Positions 59,347-64,000 of a DNA stretch of 64,000 bases are shown here, in pieces. This DNA comes from Lingula anatina (lineage: Eukaryota; Animalia; Brachiopoda). Numbering within the stretch: the first letter of the stretch is position 1; each line of letters starts with the position of its first letter. Both the position numbers and the translations under genes were made by a program. The notes beneath the pieces were generated by a model that did not search any database, was not told where the DNA came from, and was given only the letters and a program-made list of their open reading frames with translations. The stretch is taken from NCBI GenBank assembly GCA_051362555.1, contig CM120646.1, positions 10,602,001 to 10,666,000 of the forward strand, written 5' to 3'.

Positions 59347-60854
59347 CAATGTCTCTTTTGCTCTTTCTTGAATCTTTCGATGCACACGAAAATCGTTGCA
59401 TAAGTTAGCTCAGCACCTGTGCTAATCATATTTTGAAAATGCGGACTCAATTTTAAACCTGCGTTACTGTCGCTCGTAACACCACATCACGTTCGCCTTA
59501 TTTTCAATTAGAAACAAACATCTCAAAAATATCTTAAATAAGGCAATAAATAACTTGCAGCTACTTTTGCGTGATGCCTGGCTTTTAAAAACTGGCAAAT
59601 CCTTCGTGGCGTCTTTTTGCTGCAAATCATTAATTGTAGTTGTTTGATGCCTATGAAATTTTTTAGCCATTAATAAAAATCTTCAATTTATTTAAAAACA
59701 ATGATTGTAAGTCCCATAGGGTATTTTCCTTACCCGTGAAAACCAGTTACCATTTCACGAGATGGTCGCAACGTTCTTATTAATAAGCGTCATCCGTGAA
59801 GAATCCCTTTCCGGTGACTCGTGAATGCGGGTTTTTATCACTCGTCCCTAGTGAAACGAAGTCATTATACTCGGTGATAGTTATTTTCAGCTTCGAGGGC
59901 TCGCATTTTCAAGGACATATGAATGAGCTTTTGAAATAATTTATGTGTTTTGTGATTTTATGATTTTATTTTCCGCTGTTGTGAACTTTGGTCACTCCCC
60001 CCTCCCCCTGGGAACAGTCAAATGTTTTACACGACAAAACTTCAATCTCTTGATTAGAAGGCCATATGCAAGACCTTCGTTGCCAGGCATTGTGCAAAAT
60101 ATACTTGAAATTGGGGTCAAAATGTAGGCTTTTTGAAAAAATAAATGCGCATCTCATATTAGCCTACTACTACTAGCACTCGCTGTCTGTAGCACAGTCT
60201 TTGGCGCAGTCTATAAGTAATGTAGGCAAAAACGACTTTAGGGTATTTCAAGCAAGTTTAGTATACTTTGAAAGTAATGTGAAGCTTCATTTGCTTATAA
60301 CTTGAAATTGAGTGTTGTGTTGGCAGAGCTTAGATCCAGCAAAAGTTGAAGCAAATAATAAACAAATAAATAAAATAAAATTAATAAATAATAAAAATGG
60401 CCAAAAAAGAATATAAAATTACCTTTTTGTGTAAAACTTATATAATAAATTAATATCTAAACGAAAAATCTAAAGATATAATAACTTGGGATGCAGAGTG
60501 AAACGGAAATGTGACCGGATGTACCGAGATGTGACCGAGTATTCACTGCGGGTTTTCTTTGACCTACTTAGTCTACATAATTTGGCGGGAATATCTTACA
60601 CGTTATGAAATAAGGACAAGATATGTTTGCGAGTAATCATCAAAGTTTGATCTGAAGCAGTAGGATATTCCACGATCCCTGCATCCCTTTTAATGTATAC
60701 AAAGACATTCTTGATGACAGAAGGGTGAGCACTTTGTTGTAGCAATTCTGTTGGTAGGTATATATCAGAATGCTTTTGAGGTGCCACAGTAAATCATGTC
60801 CTGCTGCAGCACTGCCCCCCCCCCCCCCTCCCCAAATGTATTCTTTGTGAGTAA

Positions 60855-63800
60855 AGAATACATTGCAATATTGAAATATTATTTTGGGTTAATTCTTACA
60901 TTTCTGATTATCAATTTCCAATAAACTTGACACTTAAAAAGGACACAAAAACTAATCAGCTTATCACAAATTTTTATTCTTGTTAATCATCACTTGTAAA
61001 AAATTTCATAAATATTGGACAAGGTTTGTCAAAATTATAAATGTTTAACTATTTTAAGTCGTGGAATTTGCCAGTGTTTTCAGTGTAATTTTCAGTTTTC
61101 TCAAATATATCGTCCGAAGAAAACACTATTCATTAGACACAGTCAAGTGATCAGCTTATCAGATTTTTATTGTTCTTAAGCATCATTTGTAAAAATATCA
61201 AAAATTTTGGACAAGATTTGTCAAAATTATTAACGTTTAACTATTTTAAGTCTTGGAATTTACCAGTCTTTTCAATGTAATTTTCATTCTTTTTTTAGTT
61301 ATATTGTTCTTTTTCCAGAGTTCCCTTACCATGAAAAAGCAGGCACTGAAAGACAGGATAAAGAGCAGCACCATGTCTTATCCATGTGTACAATAACTTA
61401 TATGAAGCAAGATTTTGTGCATTGTCAAGTATTGTGCTAACAGCAACCCATTCCAGAAACCCATTGTAAGGAGGAATCTGCATCTGGCATTGATAGTAAG
61501 GAGAAGTCTTGTATGGGTATATATTGTTTTCCAGAAGACAGTTATAGGTAATTTGCAACCTCTCACACAAACAAACTCAAATCACCACATTTGCTGTTTT
61601 CTTTATTGGTAGACAATACATTGCAATATTGAAATATTTTTCGGTTAATTCTCACTCTTCTGATTATCAATTTTCAATAACTTCCAAAGAAGACACTTTC
61701 TATTAGACACAGTCAATTGATCAGCTTATGACAGATTTTTATTGTTGTTAAGCATCTTCTGTACCAATTTCAGAAATATTGTACAAGATTTGACAAAATT
61801 ATTAACGTTTAACTATTTTAAGTCTAGGGATTTGCCAGTCTTTTTAATGTAATTTTCAGTTTTCCCAAATATATTGTCCAAAGAAAACAATTTTTATTAG
61901 ACACAGTCAACTGATCAGCTTATCACAGATTTTTATTGTTGTTAAGCATCTTTTGTACCAATTTCAAAAATGTTGGACAAGATTTGACAAAATTATTAAC
62001 GTTTAACTATTTTAAGTTTTGGGATTTGCCAGTCTTTTCAATGTAATTTTCATTCTTTTTTCAGTTATATTGTTCTTTTTCCAGAGTTCCCTTACCATGA
62101 AAAAGCAGACAGTGAAAGACGGGATCAAGAGCAGCACCATGTCTTGTCCATGTGTACAATACATAATATGAAGCAAGATTTAGGGCATTGTCAAGTAGTA
62201 TTGTGCTAACAGCAACCCATTCCAGAAACCCATTGTAAGGAGGAATCTGCATCTGGCATTGATAGTAGGGAGAAGTCTTGTATGGGTATATATTGGTTTC
62301 CAGATGATAGTTATAGGTAATTTGCAACCTCTCACACAAACAAACTCAAATCAGCACATTTGCTGTTTTCTTTATTGGTAAACAATACATTGCAATATTG
62401 AAATATTTTTTGGTTAATTCTCACTCTTCTGATTATCAATTTTCAATAAACTTGACATTAAAAAAAAAAACACAGATAACTGATCAGCTTATCACTGATT
62501 TTTATCATTGTTAAGCATTATTTGTGAAAATTTCAGAAATGCTGGACAAAATTATTAACGTTTAACTATTTTAAGTCATGGGATTTGCCAGTCTTTTCAA
62601 TGTCATTTTCAGTTTTCCCAAATATATTGTCAAAAGAAAATACTTTTCATTAGACACAGTCAACTGATCAGATTATCACAGATTTTTATTTTTGTTAAAC
62701 ATCTTTTTTACCAATTTCAGAAATATTGGACAAGATTTGACAAAATTATTAACGTTTAACTATTTTAAGTCATGGAATTTGCCAGTCTTTTTAATGTAAT
62801 TTTCAGTTTTCCCAAATATATTGTCCAAAGAAAATACTTTTCATTAGACACAGTCAATTGATCAGCTTATCACAGATTTTTATTGTTGTTAAGCATCATT
62901 TGTATAAATTTCAGAAACATTGGACAAGATTTGTCAAAATTATTAACATTTAACTATTTTAAGCCATGGAATTTGCCTGTCTTTTCGTTTTAATTTTAAG
63001 TTTTCCCAAATATATTTTCCAAAGAAGACACTTTCTATTAGACACAGTCAACTGATCAGCTTATCACAGATTTTTATTGTTGTTAAGCATCTTTTGTACC
63101 AATTTCAGAAATATTGGACTATATTTGACAAAATTATTAATGTTTAACTATTTTAAGTCATGGAATTTGCCAGTCTTTTTAATGTAATTTTCAGTTTTCT
63201 CAATATATTGTCCAAAGAAAATACTTTTCATTAGATACAGTCAACTGATCAGCTTATCACAGATTTTATTTGTTGTTAAGCATCTTTTGTACAAATTTCA
63301 GAAATATTGGACAAGATTTGACAAAATCATTAACGTTTAACTATTTTAAGCCATGGAATTTGCCTGTCATTTCGTTGTAATTTTGAGTTTTCCTAAATAT
63401 ATTTTCCAAAGAAGACACTTTCTATTAGACAGTCAACTGATCAGCTTATCACAGATTTTTAATGTTGTTAAGCATCTTTTGTACCAATTTGAAAAAGGTT
63501 GGACAAGATTTGACAAAATTATTAACGTTTAACTATTTTAAGTTTTGCAATTTGCCAGTCTTTTCAATGTGATTTTCATTATTTTTTCAGTTATATTGTT
63601 CTTTTTCCAGAGTACCCTTACCATGAAAAAGCAGACAGTGAAAGATGGGATCAAGAGCAGCACCATGTCTTGTCCATGTGTACAATACATTATGTGAAGC
63701 AAGATTTAGGGCATTGTCAAGTATTGTGCTAACAGGAACCCATTCCAGAAACCCATTGTAAGGAGGAATCTGCATCTGGCATTGATAGTAAGGAGAAGTC

Positions 63801-64000
63801 TTGTATGGGTATATATTGTTTTCCAGAAGACAGTTATAGGTAATTTGCAACCTCTCACACAAACAAACTCAAATCACCACATTTGCTGTTTTCTTTATTG
63901 GTAGACAATACATTGCAATATTGAAATATTTTTCGGTTAATTCTCACTCTTCTGATTATCAATTTTCAATAACTTCCAAAGAAGACACTTTCTATTAGAC
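60855..64000. repeat. Composite tandem array: 194-bp AT-rich monomers interspersed with a 385-bp second unit; runs off the window end
   Basis: attaga(c/t)ac anchor at 61702, 61896 and 62649, 62843, 63037, 63230, 63424 (period 193-194). Second unit at about 61295-61680, 62061-62450 and 63587-63972. Confidence 0.92.

Noticed and set aside
61295-63862. Three-copy 91-aa ORF as a functional gene family
   Set aside because: Starts at a non-ATG codon, lies inside a tandem array, and copy differences are mostly amino-acid changing.

Overview
AT-rich, intron-containing animal genomic DNA. Repeat types and protein sequences suggest a lophotrochozoan, probably a mollusc; this is inference. I reconstructed three spliced genes by hand with consistent GT-AG phases. 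(1) A cap'n'collar bZIP gene of the NFE2L1/Nrf1-CncC type (+, 9 coding exons, 540-24438, 768 aa). (2) An HP1/chromobox gene (-, 33902-31593, 184 aa). (3) An hnRNP A1/A2-type gene (+, 36360-42931, 499 aa), head-to-head with HP1 across about 300 bp. This is the NFE2L-CBX-HNRNPA block that flanks vertebrate Hox clusters. The most interesting signal is that the single CNC gene appears to have two additional in-phase first coding exons. One, in intron 1, would give an Nrf2-like isoform without the ER anchor. The other is a poly-Gln exon in intron 7 behind its own ARE and TATA box, which would give a short isoform lacking the Keap1 degrons. Together they suggest an autoregulated Nrf1/Nrf2/NF-E2-in-one-gene system. 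Other items are a SNORD82-like snoRNA and a candidate 3'UTR NMD switch in hnRNPA, a long-range RNA duplex in the HP1 5' intron, nested Harbinger MITEs, Helentron-type elements, two degenerate Penelope-type hammerhead motifs, an RTE LINE fragment and a composite 194-bp tandem array. All calls were made by eye; no database search was run.
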